A stretch of 64,000 bases of DNA from Macrostomum hystrix (taxonomy: Eukaryota > Animalia > Platyhelminthes). This document shows positions 12,469 through 24,648 of this stretch, piece after piece. The stretch spans positions 19,902,001 to 19,966,000 of the forward strand of contig CATNEN010000039.1 of the NCBI GenBank assembly GCA_950097015.1, in the 5' to 3' direction. Made by a program: the position numbers and the translations under genes. The notes beneath the pieces were generated by a model. That model was not told the DNA's origin, did not search any database, and was given only the letters and a program-made list of their open reading frames with translations. The first letter of the stretch is position 1, and each line of letters begins with the position of its first letter.

Positions 12469-15400
12469 GTCCCGCAGCAGAACAGCTGGCTCCCACTCGA
12501 GCTAATAACGGAAGCGCCGGCCCCAGTCAGCTGGCATCGCCGACTATTGCTGACAAAGGCGTCGGTCTAGACGTTAAAGTTGCACAGATGATGAAGGAGT
12601 TTGGCGACTCGGGGCCTGGTGAGTCCGAAGCTACTTTCCAAGTGTTTAACAGACACTTTTGGCTTAACATTCGTTGTTTAGTAGCGTATTTGGAGTTTGT
12701 GTGAAGTCACTGTTGGTTTAACATTCGTGCAGTCTAGTCGACATGGTTTTAGTTTTATGATGAAATTTTGCTAGAAGACAAATTTTGCCTATAATTGGTG
12801 ATTTTTGCCACCAGGCACCCCGACGAGAATTTTTGAATAGCGACGTTTTGAGATTGCGGAAGTTGTTTCATCCGATACAATGGAAAATTTTAGAAGATAC
12901 AGAAAAAATAAACAATGTGGGTATTTGAAATAAGACGACAGCTCTTTAGACCGTCGAGATATTCAATGTTTCTGGCGGAAAGTCTGATTTTTCCCATAAG
13001 CGCTAATGTATTTCATACACCCCTATACACAAATTAGCACTGCGCCTCAGTGCGGCCGTGCCAGGCCTTCAAACTTTATCAGCATGTCACCCGAATGTGC
13101 CTGCATCATCTCCGTCTTCGGTGGTCACCACCTTTATCTAGACGACTTTGCTGGACCTTTAAGGGCTACAGCAGGTGGAAAAAGGCCACTATGGACACCC
13201 TGACGCGAATTTCTCCAATTTCACTGATCAAGCCAAATTACTTAAGTACACTCGAAGTATTAGGCGCAGCTCAACCTCAGGACACCATCGTCTAGTCTGT
13301 CAACCAATCAGTCACCACTAAACGCTGTTGGCATTCAGGCGCTGCCAAAAAATCCCATCCCCTTAGTATAAAAACGGGCGGCAAAATGGCTTGGTAGTCC
13401 TACTGTATATACACTTGTTGGTTTAGTGACGGGGAGTCACAAGTGTACTCTAATTGCTTTATGTAGTTGGGAGGTGTTTATAAATGTGTCGATGCATCAA
13501 CTAACCGACTCAGCAGGTCATACTGGACCAACTAAGCAGGCAGACAACGAGAGTGTTCGCACTGAGGACTTTGCCAACAAGTTCAGCCAGCTCATGCTGC
13601 CGCAAGCCTCAAAGGCAGGCAGCGTTAGCGCCAACCGACACCTGGTTGCCGGCTCGACCGGAGTCCTGGGTGACGCCGAGTCTGTACGCACTGAAGACTT
13701 TGCCAGGGAGTTTCGAAAGACGCTGGTGCCACCTGCTGACAGTAAGTGATGTGTTTTCTATGACAGTAACTAACTAACTCTATTACTTTATCCTTAAAAA
13801 ACGAAAAATCTTCACATTATCATCATATCGAGATGTTCCTTATTAGTCACCGAGATGTTCCTCATCAGTCATCGAGATGTTCCTCATCAGTCATCGAGAT
13901 ATTCCTCATCAGTCATCGAGATGTTCCTCATCAGTCATCGAGATGTTCCTCATCAGTCATCGAGATGTTCCTTATTAGTCACCGAGATGTTCCTCATCAG
14001 TCATCGAGATGTTCCTCATCAGTCATCGAGATGTTTCTCATCAGTCATCGAGATGTTCCTCATCAGTCATCGAGATGTTTCTCATCAGTCATCGAGATGT
14101 TCCTCATCAGTCATCGAGATGTTCCTCATCAGTCATCGAGATGTTCCTCATCAGTCATCGAAACGTTTGGCCCTTGCCTAGTTACAAAAGTACATGTTAC
14201 AGTCGCATTGATAGACATTTTGTTTCTTCTGACAACGAATGGCAGTATAGTCTTGCCTAAGTAAATTTTCCATCACCTACGTGCCAAAGCTGCAGCTACA
14301 ACCATTGCGGCAAAAATTCTTGCCGCATATCGTGACATTGTCGATGAGTCTACATCGCAGACAACAGGATGGTCTGTTTCGGCACCCCTTCGCTACCTGC
14401 GAAGTCGATCTCGCAGTGCCTCGCCGTGTCGCCGAAAAGTGTTCCTGCCTAATGGTCGACTTGCGCAAAGTTTTGGTAGCAAAACCATTCAATTAATGGT
14501 CGCCGTTCAAAAACGACCTGTTTACAACATTTAATTACAATATTTACGAATAGCAGAAACGATATCTACACACATATATATATATAGCACTAATCATTGT
14601 AACCCAATTTGTAAAATTATTTATCGCTGCTTTTCCGTGGCTAGGGGTAACTTCTAACCCAGTTATTCGATGCCAAATGGATCTACGAGTAGAACCGCTA
14701 GAACTTAAATAAATTATTTTAATTGAATAATCGAATTACGTAACTATAATAAAAACGCTTCGGCTTACAATTTGTACCAAACATGGCAATGAAATGAAAT
14801 TTAATTTGTCAGCCAGCGCAAGGGGGACAACTCGATATGAGATGTCATTTTTCTTCCCAATTTATAATGATTGTCATCCGAATCCCATTCGTCCACTTTT
14901 TTATAGGCAGCGTTGTCAGTTTTAGAGGCCAGCCAACTTCACCCTACTACGGTAAGCAGCAGCAGCAGCAGCAGCTTCAACTTGGCTCTCTGAATGCTTC
15001 CTACCGACCGTTGGCGCCTTATCGGATGCCCGACGCCGAGTCCGTCTCCCTGACGGCTGACACCGAGCACCGTTTGCTGCCAAAGTTTCACCGGCTGCCC
15101 GTCGTGGCTTTCGACGATTCCTACATTAACGAAACTGCCGGACTGGGCGGCGCCGGCGGCAGCCAAGCTGGCTCGTCCATAAGAGCTCAGGTTTTGCGTG
15201 AGCGAATCGGCAGCCTGCTGCATGTGCCGCCCAGTAAGTGACCTCCCTCTCTTTTTGACCTTTGGAGTTTGCTCGTAAAATAGTCGAATCTTTCTTTTTT
15301 ATTATCTATCCCTAGTCTCATCTCTTCCCTGCCCTCTCCCATGTTTCATCTATTCCGTGTCTCATCTCTCCCGTGTCTCATCTCTCCCGTGTTTCATCTA

Positions 15401-18400
15401 TTCCGTGTCTCATCTCTCCCGTGTCTCATCTCTTCCCTGCCTCATCTCTCCCGTGTTTCATCTATTCCGTGTCTCATCTCTCCCGTGTCTCATCTCTTCC
15501 CTGCCTCATTTCTCCCGTGTTTCATCTATTCCGTGTCTCATCTCTCCCCTGTCTCATCTCTCCCCTGTCTCATCTCTCCCCTGTCTCATCTCTCCCCTGT
15601 CTCATCTCTCCCCTGTCTCATCTCTCCCCTGTCTCATCTCTCCCATATTTCATCTCTCCCCTGTTTCGTCTCTCCCGTGACTCGTCTCTCCCGTGACTCA
15701 TCTCTCCAGTGCCTCATCTCTCCCCTGTCTCACTTCACCCGTGTAATAGCTCTTTCAGAGATATGTCCCACATTTTACTATCCATACTACTCGCGCTTGT
15801 CGCTTCATAAGTAATATAAATGCGCGTTTAAAAAGTAGAATAGTTTCTTGCTAAATGGCAAGAAACAATTCAATGATTATAATTAAGTGAGCAAAAATTA
15901 AAAATAAAAATAATCCAGTCTTGTTGTGAAAATAGGCACAGATTTCTTATATACTAAATATAAGCAAAGAGACAATAGACACCTTAGCTAGGCGCTACTC
16001 ATGTGTGTATGTACTCAAACAAATAGTCGAGGCAGAGACAGTCGGGGTCTTAAAGCAACTCTGCTTCTGCTGTGAAGTTCTAAATGGATTGCAATGCATT
16101 TATCTTTCATTCTTTAGATATTCGACGTAACTCCTAGTTAGAGCTTTCGGCGTAGAGCATAACGCCTTCGATCTGTCTTTTACTGCGTTTGACAACTGGT
16201 GATGAAGGGTTAGAGAGAAAATGCAAAACTGGAAATAGAGAGGGCGAAAGAGACCAAGGCGCGCTTCTTAAGAATTTCCTTTGCTCTTTTGGCTTACTTA
16301 AATAAACCGCAGCAAAAGCTAGAAGATGTTACAGCCGAGCATTCATTTAATCTCGACTTTTTTCTTCTTTTCTCGTTGCCTTAGGCGGTGTGAATCTGGA
16401 CGCTGCTGACCGACGACTTCAGGATCTGCTGCAGTCGCGGCAGCAGCAGAGAGGTGAGACAGGGTGTAGTCTACTGTTAGACAGGGTGTAGTCAGGGTAT
16501 AGTCTACTGTTAGACAGGGTATAGTATATACTGTAAGACAGAGTGTAGTCTACTGTTAGACAGGGTGTAGTCAACTGTTAGACAGGGTGTAGTCAACTGT
16601 TAGACAGGGTGTAGTCTATACTGTTAGACAGGGTGTAGTCTACTGTTAGACAGGGTGTAGTTTACTGTTAGACAGGGTGTACACCCTGTTAGACAGGGTG
16701 TAGTCTACTGTTAGACAGGGTGTAGTCTACTGTTAGACAGAGTGTAGTCTACTGTTAGACAGGGTGTAGTATATACTGTAGGACAGAGTGTAGTATATAC
16801 TGTAAGACAGAGTGTAGTCTACTGTTAGACAGGGTGTAGTCTATACTGTTAGACAGAGTGTAGTCTACTGTTAGACAGGGTGTAGTCTACTGTTAGACAG
16901 GGTGTAGTATATACTGTAGGACAGAGTGTAGTATATACTGTAAGACAGAGTGTAGTCTACTGTTAGACAGGGTGTAGTCTATACTGTTAGACAGAGTGTA
17001 GTCTACTGTTAGACAGGGTGTAGTCTGTTAGACAGGGTGTAGTCTACTGTTAGACAGGGTGTAGTCTACTGTTAGACAGGGTGTAGTCTACTGTTAGACA
17101 GAGTGTAGTCTACTGTTAGACAGGGTGTAGTCTACTGTTAGACAGGGTGTAGTCTACTGTTAGACAGGGTGTAGTCTACTGTTAGACAGAGTGTAGTCTA
17201 CTGTTAGACAGGGTGTAGTCTACTGTTAGACAGGTTATAGTCTACTGTTAGACAGGGTGTAGTCTACTGTTAGACCGGCTAATTAAAGTCACAACCATGG
17301 CACGGTTAGGCGGGTCGAGGACGACCTCGCCGCCGCGCGTGTCCTCCCTGATGACCAGCCGGCAGTTGTCGCCGACGCGTCGCGGCGTCGCCGGTAGCCG
17401 TGGAGGCAGAATTTCGCCGATCCGGGAGTCGCAGGCCAGAAGGTGAGCAAGATTTGGCTTGAAATCAGGTAGTTTAATTAGGAAATTAATTATCAAGAGA
17501 TTTTTGTGAACGATTCAGTCTGCCAGGCGACGAACCCGATGACGAGATCCTCCTCGCGGACGACGAGTTTGCCAACGAGGTTCATTATCAGTCGCGCCTG
17601 ATCCAACGCGAGCTGGAACAGGAGAGACGCCGTCGGGCCGCTGCCACGGGCAGCCGGGAGCGCGACAGCTCGGGATCGCCAACTCGGGCGCAGAGGGTGA
17701 GGGGTGGGGCGGGTGGATGGGGGCAGAGGGGTTAGACTTTGCGGAGTGGGGTAAATGGTTAGACCAGGGACTTCTATATATAGCAATCTATATATTGCTA
17801 TATATAGAAGTCCCTGGTTAGACGCAGCAGAAGTAAAGGAGTGGGGTGGATGGGGCAGACGGTTAGAACTTGAGGAGTGGGGTGGTTGGCTGCACAGGAT
17901 AGACGTCGAGTAGTGGGGTGGTCGCGCGGAGGGTTAGACTTTAAGGTGTGAGGTGGGTGGGTTGAACCCTTAGACATCAAGGAGTGGTGTGTGCGGGCGG
18001 AGGGTTTAGACTTTGAGGAGTGGAGTGAACGTGTTGACGGGTTAGACGTTGAGAAGTGGGGTATATGGGTAGAAGAAATAGGATTTCGAGTTTGAGGAAT
18101 AAAGGTGATAAAAAATGTTTTAAAAATTTTTAATATAAACTTTAATGCTATACGCAGGAGTCCCTGGACAGGAAGGTGCTTGAGCTGGACGAGTTGAACC
18201 AACAAGTTCGCAAAACTCTTCAAGAAAAAGAGGTAAGAATCTCAGGCATTAAAAATAATCTACAATAGACTCCGGATTTTTATAATGCATTGCCGGTCCG
18301 TTTGTAGAAAATCGTCGGCGAGCTGCACTTCGTCCAGGACTGCCTCCGCAGGCACCAGGCCGAGGTTCGCCTATCCGAGAAGCTCTGCCGCGACAACAAG

Positions 18401-21400
18401 TCCCGGGCTGAGGACACCAAGACTGAACTGCTGCTGGCCCAGATGAAGCGCGACAGCACGGCGAAGGAGCTTGAGCAGCTCAGCGAAGACCTCAACCAGA
18501 AGAGGGACCAGCTACGCCGCATCGAGGAGAACTGCCGCGCTCGAGCCAAGGAGCTTCAGGACTTCGAGAGCATCGGCGTGGCCAAGGAGGAGATCGAGAA
18601 CATCCTGGCCGAGAGGGACGAGCTTTACCAGCTGGTCAGGCAGAACGAGGACGCGGAGTTTCAGCGATACGAGCTGGAGAAGAAGCTGACACAGACCAGG
18701 GAGGAGATGCAGGCCCAGGCCTGTATGGCCCAGCAGAAAGTCATCGCGCTCGAGGAGGTGAAACATTGAAATTGTTCTTCGATTTGCATGGAGGCTGTGG
18801 GCACTGACCTATTAATTAATCAATTGACAGTCGACTAGCAGCGATTGTCATTCTGCCCATTCCTCTGGACCCCTGAGACAACAAGTGGATACGTACACGA
18901 GCACACACTCACGCAGGTGTGTACATCTGCCCCGACTTTTTATCGTCTGGCAGTGTACACTCTCAGGGCAGCTTCCGGGGTTGGCCCTAAAGAGAGTAAA
19001 TTAAAGATGTGACAGACTTTTGTGTAAGGAATTAGCCGATCAGGAACTTCACCCCGCGTCTAGAAACGGGCCATATCGAGCCACACTGCCAACGTCTTAA
19101 CTTTCCAGGAGCTTGAAGCCTCTCTAACAAAGATTGCCGAGACAAGTGAAGAGCGCAACGCGTTGAAATTGCGCCTCGGCGATCTGGAGGACAAGCTGCG
19201 CCTACTTGGCGCCAACTTTGACGAGCTCACGGATGCCAACAGGCAGCTGGCCAGAGCCAAGGAGGTGGCCGAACGGGTCAGGATTAAATTGTGCTACAGT
19301 TAAATTTTTTATAAACGAAATATTTTTTGTTTACTACTATAAGTAGCAATAATAAAACTTTATCGCGATTAGGAACGCGTGGAGGAGGTGGAACGGTTGA
19401 AGATGCGCATGCAGGGAGATTTGTCGCACATTCAGCGTCGCACAGAGGAGGAGGAGGCGACCTATAAGCGGCAGATTCAGCAGCTGAAGGACAATCTTGA
19501 CAATGCGCAGCGGGAGCTCGATCAGCGCGAGGAGGCCAACTGCGACTTCCGGTAAGTTGCCGGATTAAGTACTCGTACTGAGAGCCGTCCTTCAAAGTCA
19601 AGTCTCTGAGCAAATTTAAATAGGTTTCGATTTGCCTTTGAATTCACATATGCAGCGAACAGCTGATGCGCCTCGAGAACCAGCTGGCCCTGGAGACGGA
19701 GACGAAAAACCACCTGGCTCAGGAGGCCGAGCGCCAGCTAGATCGTGCTTCAGCCGAAGCCGACCGTCGAGTAGACGTCGCCCGAGAGGAAGCCCTTCGG
19801 GACGCAGAAGATAGTCTAGAACGCGAGCGGGCCTCCTGGCAGGCCACCTCAGCCAAGGAGCTTCGAGAATGCCAGGAGCGCCTTCAGCGCACTATTGGGC
19901 ATTTGGAGAGCGAGCTGCGCTGTCGTGACGAGGAGCTGAAGGTGGCGCTGGATTTGGCCAAGTAAGTAACACCAACCTCGCCCTTCTGACACCTCACTCC
20001 TCTGACACCCATCTCACTCCTCTGACACCCACCTCACTTCTATGACACCCACCTCACTCCTATGACACCCATCTCACTACTCTAACACCCATCTCACTAC
20101 TCTAACACCCACCTCACACCTCTAGCACCCACCTCACTCCTCTAACAACCACCTCACTCCGCTTCATAACCAAGCTCTCTCATATCATAAATTAGTTTTA
20201 TAATTTTTCTGCAACTTTTATTCGCGCAGATCAAAGGACGCCGCCCTGAAGACGGCCGAAGAAGAGCACCGGACTGAGCTGCGCGAGCAGATCCGGGTGG
20301 CAGTGCGCGCCGAGAAGGAGAAATGGGACCGTGAGGGCGCCGAGCGTTGGCAGCGTGAGCTTTCAGCCGTGCGCAACGAAGCCAGCCGCACTATTGAGAG
20401 TTTGCAGAGTGACAACAAAAAGAGGGCCGATGTTATGAAAGGTTAGCTTAGAAAAAATACATAGTGACTAAATAATTAAAAAAACCACCTTAGTCCTCTA
20501 AAATTCACCTCACTCCAAACACACAATTCACTCCACACAAACACGCCTCTCTCCAAACACACCCACCTCGCTCCAAACGCAACCACCTCACTCCAAACCC
20601 ACCCACCTTGGTCCGAACGCACCCACTTCACGCCAAACGCTCACGCATCACAGCAAACGCAACCACCTCACTCCAAACACACCCATTTCGCTTCGAACGC
20701 ACCCGCCTCACTCGAAACCCACCCACCTCACTCCAAACTCACCCACCTCACTCCAAACCCATCCACCTCACTCCAAACACACCAATCTCGCTTCGATCGC
20801 ACCCACCTCACTCCAAACGCCCCTGCCTCACTCCAAATCCACCCACCTCACTCCAAACCCACCCACCTCACTCCAAACCCACCCAACTCGCTCCGAAGGC
20901 ACCCATGGGTGCCACTTCCCATGGAAGGCACTTCCCAAACGCTCCAGCCTCACTCCAGACGCACACACTTCACTTCTGCAACACAGAACTCGAAGAAGAG
21001 CTCCATAAGCTGGCCGCAGAGCTGGAACGCGAACGTGAGAAAAGTCGCTCAGCTCAACGCGATCGCGTGACGGCCATCAACCGATTGAAGGAGGTGGCCA
21101 AGGAGGAGGCTGCCAAAGAGGTGCGCGCCGTGCGCGAACAGGTCGAAGCTGCGGCAGCCAGCGAGATCGAGCAGGCTCAGGAGCGGCTGCGCTACGCCGA
21201 GGAGACTCTGGCAGCTCTGCGCGCGGAGTTCGAGGAGACGGTGAAACGCGAGACGGATATCACTGCCACGCTGGATAGAACTGAGCGGGCCATTGTCAAC
21301 CAGGCCAATGCTGAGTGCCTGCGTATTGCTGAAGTACTGGGTGTCACTCCACGCCGTGTGAGCCCACCTGCTGGTCTGCAATTGGCTGGCGACCTGAGCC

Positions 21401-24400
21401 ATCGCAGTCTCAGCTCGCCCGGCCATCCAATCACGGCTGCCCTGGCCAATTTGGAGGCCTGCGGCGAGGAGCTGTTGACTTATTGCGCTGAGCTGCGCGA
21501 CGAGGTGAGAAATGATCACAATTATTTCAGCATCCTCTTCTTATGGCAATCCTCTGATTCTTTAGGTATGGTTCTCTAGATAACAGCTGATTCTAAAGAC
21601 ACAGACGCACCCACCTCACCCCAATTGCAGGAGGGTTGTGGGCAATGGCCAATCATTTGGTGACAGTAGACCCGCAACCAGCGAGTAGGCGATTCTGCCC
21701 ATTTCACTGACTCCTGTGCACACACACACAGATACCGTAGGCGCACAGGAACACAATCACACAGGTGTGTACATCTGCCCTGACTGTGTCGGGCAGTGTA
21801 CACTCTAACTGTGCCTTGGAGGTCGGCTCTCAGGGCGTAAATTGCCCGACTAGCTCCCCAAGCTTCTCTCTGCCGCTGCGCCCCAAAATATTGTGGCCTC
21901 GCCGCGGAATCGAGCTCAGTGATCTTGGTGCGAGGGGCAAACGCGTTAACCGCTCTGCCAGCGACCCCAAATGATTGCACCTCCCTCCAAAAACACCCAC
22001 CTCACTCCAAAACACCCACCTCACTCCAAAAACACCCACCTCACTCCAAAAATACCCAACCTCATTCCAAACACACCCACCTCACTACAAAAATACCCAC
22101 CTCACTCCAGAAACACCCACCTCACTCCAGAAACACCCACCTCACTCCAAAAATACCCTACCTCATTCCAAAACACACCCACAGGTGGGTCTTATCTTAT
22201 CTTCCTGATTGAGCTTAGACTGAGCCATAAAAAATTCCGAAGCCTCTTTCACCCGCCACCCTCCAGTCCCGCAAGCTGCATGACCGTCTGTCGATTGAGT
22301 CCAAGGAACGAGAAGAGCAGATGGACCGACTCCGTGAGGAGTTGAGCCGGGAGAAGACCGCCGAAATGCAGGCTCTGCGCGAGCGTCTAATCCAGGATCA
22401 CATGCAAGAGATTACTAAGCTGGCCAAAGTGCAAAGCGAGTCACTGGAGTCAGCAGTCAAGGATAAGGATGCCGAGATACGCGAGCTTCGCGCCGGGATG
22501 CAGAAGTGGAAGTCGGAGACTGCTGAAAGACTGGCAGCTCGGCTGCAGGACGAATTCCGTCGTGAATTCGATAAGTGAGGCCGAGTTGAAGACATTATCT
22601 ATGCCTATTTTGTTTCTAGGGATTGGTAGATAGTTCTGCAGTTCATCTGCATCCACGTTCCTAGTGCCAGATGCCACACCTCGAATGTCTACTTGTCGAT
22701 CACTGCCTGAAATTTAGAGTTTTTGAACGGTAGTCAATCATGATGAGCACGCAATCAAACAATAAATTTTCTGTTGCAATCTGCCTTTAGCTATGCGTAC
22801 CTTGCGTCTGTATGAAGCACGAAGTGGGAAAGTTAGAGAACACAGAAGGCGGATCTTTCGGTCTTTCATGTCGAGCATTCTTCAACATGGGGGTGTCGCT
22901 TGGCCAGTGCTTTTGGCAGATGCCCATGTGTTCAGTCACTTTCTAGAATTGTAAATTTTATCATAGTCGTCATTTTTTATAATTAGTTTGCATTCCATTT
23001 GCACCGACGCACATGATCGCTTAATATATATTAACATATTAACATATATTAACATGTTTCTTACCTCAAAAAAATTTGGTAGGGCCTGTCTCCAACGCTC
23101 CCGTTCTTGTGCATCTCGAGGAAAGGCAAATTTCTTTGTTCGGCTTTCTTCTGAGTTATAGTTTGATCTGCAATTAAAGACGCTGCACTTTCTCGGCATT
23201 TTTCACATTCGCACAAGAGTTGGGGGCTTGTTCTTTGCATGGATGAATGAATAGAATGGATTGCTATTCTGGCTCTGGCTATTTTCGTTTTTGATTCTTG
23301 CATCCGGTTCCCCCCCCTGTGCCTTTTCATTGGTTGATGATTGCCATAGACAATTTTCGGCCTTCGCCCCTTTCTTTCGTATAATTCGTATAATTCGTAT
23401 AATTCGTATAATTCGTATAATTCGTATAGCAGAAACTGTCGTTAATTAAAAGCCGCTCCGCTTTTTGTCAAGAAAAATCCGCGAGCTACGCAACGCAGTC
23501 CGCTCCAAGGATGAGGAGCTGCAGAACTTCAAGAAGGATCTGGAGGTTATGGAACAGGATCGGGCTGGGGTCTTTGTGAGTAGCATCTGTCTCAATTTGA
23601 GCCAGCAAATCCCCTGGATTCCTTCGAACGCCCCAATGCCCCCTTCAACCACCGCCAGAAGCCCCTGTCTTTCGGCGGAGCCGCAGGTGGCAATCCTGAC
23701 GTCACCGCCAAGACGATGCTGCAGCTTCAGGAGCGGGTGAAGGCCCTCCGAGAAGAGAATCTTAGCCTGCGTCGTCAGGCTGTTCAAGGCCGTGTGCCCT
23801 CGATTCAGGTGCAGGTGAGTCGATTTCCTATTACGTTCACACTCTTCCCTGTTAGATCATTTCAATATAAACTTAATGGAATTTTCCATTCGAAACTGAC
23901 TTGCTCGTTTCGAAGTGGAATTTTTCCATAAAAACTAAACTGACGGAATTTTCCATTAGCAATAAACTTCGTGGCACACACAAAAGGTTAGTACAGAGCT
24001 AGTGGAAATTTCTTATTAACAAAAAAGACAAGGCCAGATTACAGCCAACCAATCAGAACGAAGCATTAAGTTTTTATCGAAAGATTTGTTCCAAGACTGG
24101 AATTTTTTATTAGAAAGAAACAGCAGATTATTTTAAGGATGGATTTTCCATCGGCGATAAACCATGCAGTATAGAGCGAGTGGAAATTTCTATTGACGAA
24201 TTAGACAGTCAAGGCCAGATTGCGACCAGCCAATTAAATTGAAGCAAATGCCACTTTCATTCTGACTGTCGTGCAGGGACTGGTCGAAACGCCACGCCTA
24301 AAAGAGGCGGTCCAGCTGACAAGCGGCAGCCTAACAAACTTGCACCAGCTGCAGCAGAAAGTCGCCGGAGCCGAGGCGGGCGGCAGCTATGTACACCATC

Positions 24401-24529
24401 TGGAGACAAATCTGCGCGCTCTGGAAGATCGCGTCCGTCGCGCCGAGCGTCAGAACGAACAAATTACAAAGGACCGAATTAACTCGGCTAATAGGCAAGC
24501 CATGCTTTTTCAACAGCAGCAGCAGCAGC

Positions 24530-24562
<33 letters not shown>

Positions 24563-24648
24563 CGGCTGCATCAGCTCGAGCAAGTAGCCGCAGTAGCAAC
24601 AGCTTCCGTGTAGGGGCTTCACCGACGGTCCCGGGCTCCAGTAGATAA
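12469..24648 (+). CDS. Large multi-exon coiled-coil protein of unknown family
   Basis: Phase-consistent exons: ~12469-12618, 13514-13741, 14907-15233, 16385-16453, 17310-17442, 17519-17696, 18158-18232, 18308-18757, 19109-19276, 19373-19551, 19656-19961, 20230-20441, 20987-21504, 22267-22574, 23473-~23575, ~23584/23606-23814, 24277-24648 (TAA). E/R/L/Q-rich heptad sequence and poly-Q C-terminus. The start codon and the junction near 23575-23606 are unresolved. Confidence 0.8.
13826..14162. repeat. Minisatellite, 22-bp unit GAGATGTTCCTCATCAGTCATC
   Basis: Tandem array in intron 13742-14906. Confidence 0.96.
15315..15745. repeat. Minisatellite, 16-bp unit GTGTCTCATCTCTCCC
   Basis: Tandem array in intron 15234-16384; reverse complement of the array at 45590-45940. 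Confidence 0.95.
16454..17275. repeat. Minisatellite, 22-bp unit GTTAGACAGGGTGTAGTCTACT
   Basis: Starts at the donor (GTGAGACAGGGTGTAG) and fills almost the whole intron 16454-17309. Confidence 0.96.
17697..18075. repeat. Degenerate G-rich tandem repeat (GGGTTAGACTTTGAGGAGTGGGG-like)
   Basis: Recurrent GGTTAGAC and GAGTGGGGTGG motifs through intron 17697-18157. Confidence 0.7.
18832..18990 (-). mobile_element. Degenerate partial SINE family A copy
   Basis: ATTCTGCCCATT...CAGGTGTGTACATCTGCCCCGACTTT...GGCAGTGTACACTCTCA...GGTTGGCCCT matches the other copies. Confidence 0.75.
19985..20160. repeat. Minisatellite, ~20-bp unit TCTGACACCCACCTCACTCC
   Basis: Tandem array; shares the ACCCACCTCACTCC core with arrays at 20505-20960 and 21975-22182. 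Confidence 0.9.
20505..20960. repeat. Degenerate minisatellite, ~20-bp unit CCAAACCCACCCACCTCACT
   Basis: Tandem array in intron 20442-20986; makes up the spurious N-terminal part of ORF 20608-21579. Confidence 0.88.
21623..21968 (-). mobile_element. tRNA-derived SINE, family A, near full-length copy
   Basis: Colinear with 28605-28956; minus-strand head GGGGTCGCTGGCAGAGCGGTTAACGCG...CTCGATTCC. Confidence 0.87.
21975..22182. repeat. Minisatellite, ~21-22-bp unit AAAAACACCCACCTCACTCCA
   Basis: Tandem array next to the SINE head. Confidence 0.9.
22600..23199 (-). mobile_element. Spliced THAP-domain transposase 5' fragment, antisense within a host intron
   Basis: Exon 1 MPRKCSVFNC...FAFPRD...RERWRQALPNFFE|GTAAG; exon 2 (~22799-22942) KVTEHMGICQKHW...PPSVF completes the C2CH THAP signature; exon 3 (from ~22706) SDRQVDIRGVASGTRNVDADELQNY. 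No catalytic domain follows. Confidence 0.78.
23376..23429. repeat. 9-bp microsatellite (TTCGTATAA)n, ~6 copies
   Basis: Direct tandem repeat. Confidence 0.95.
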
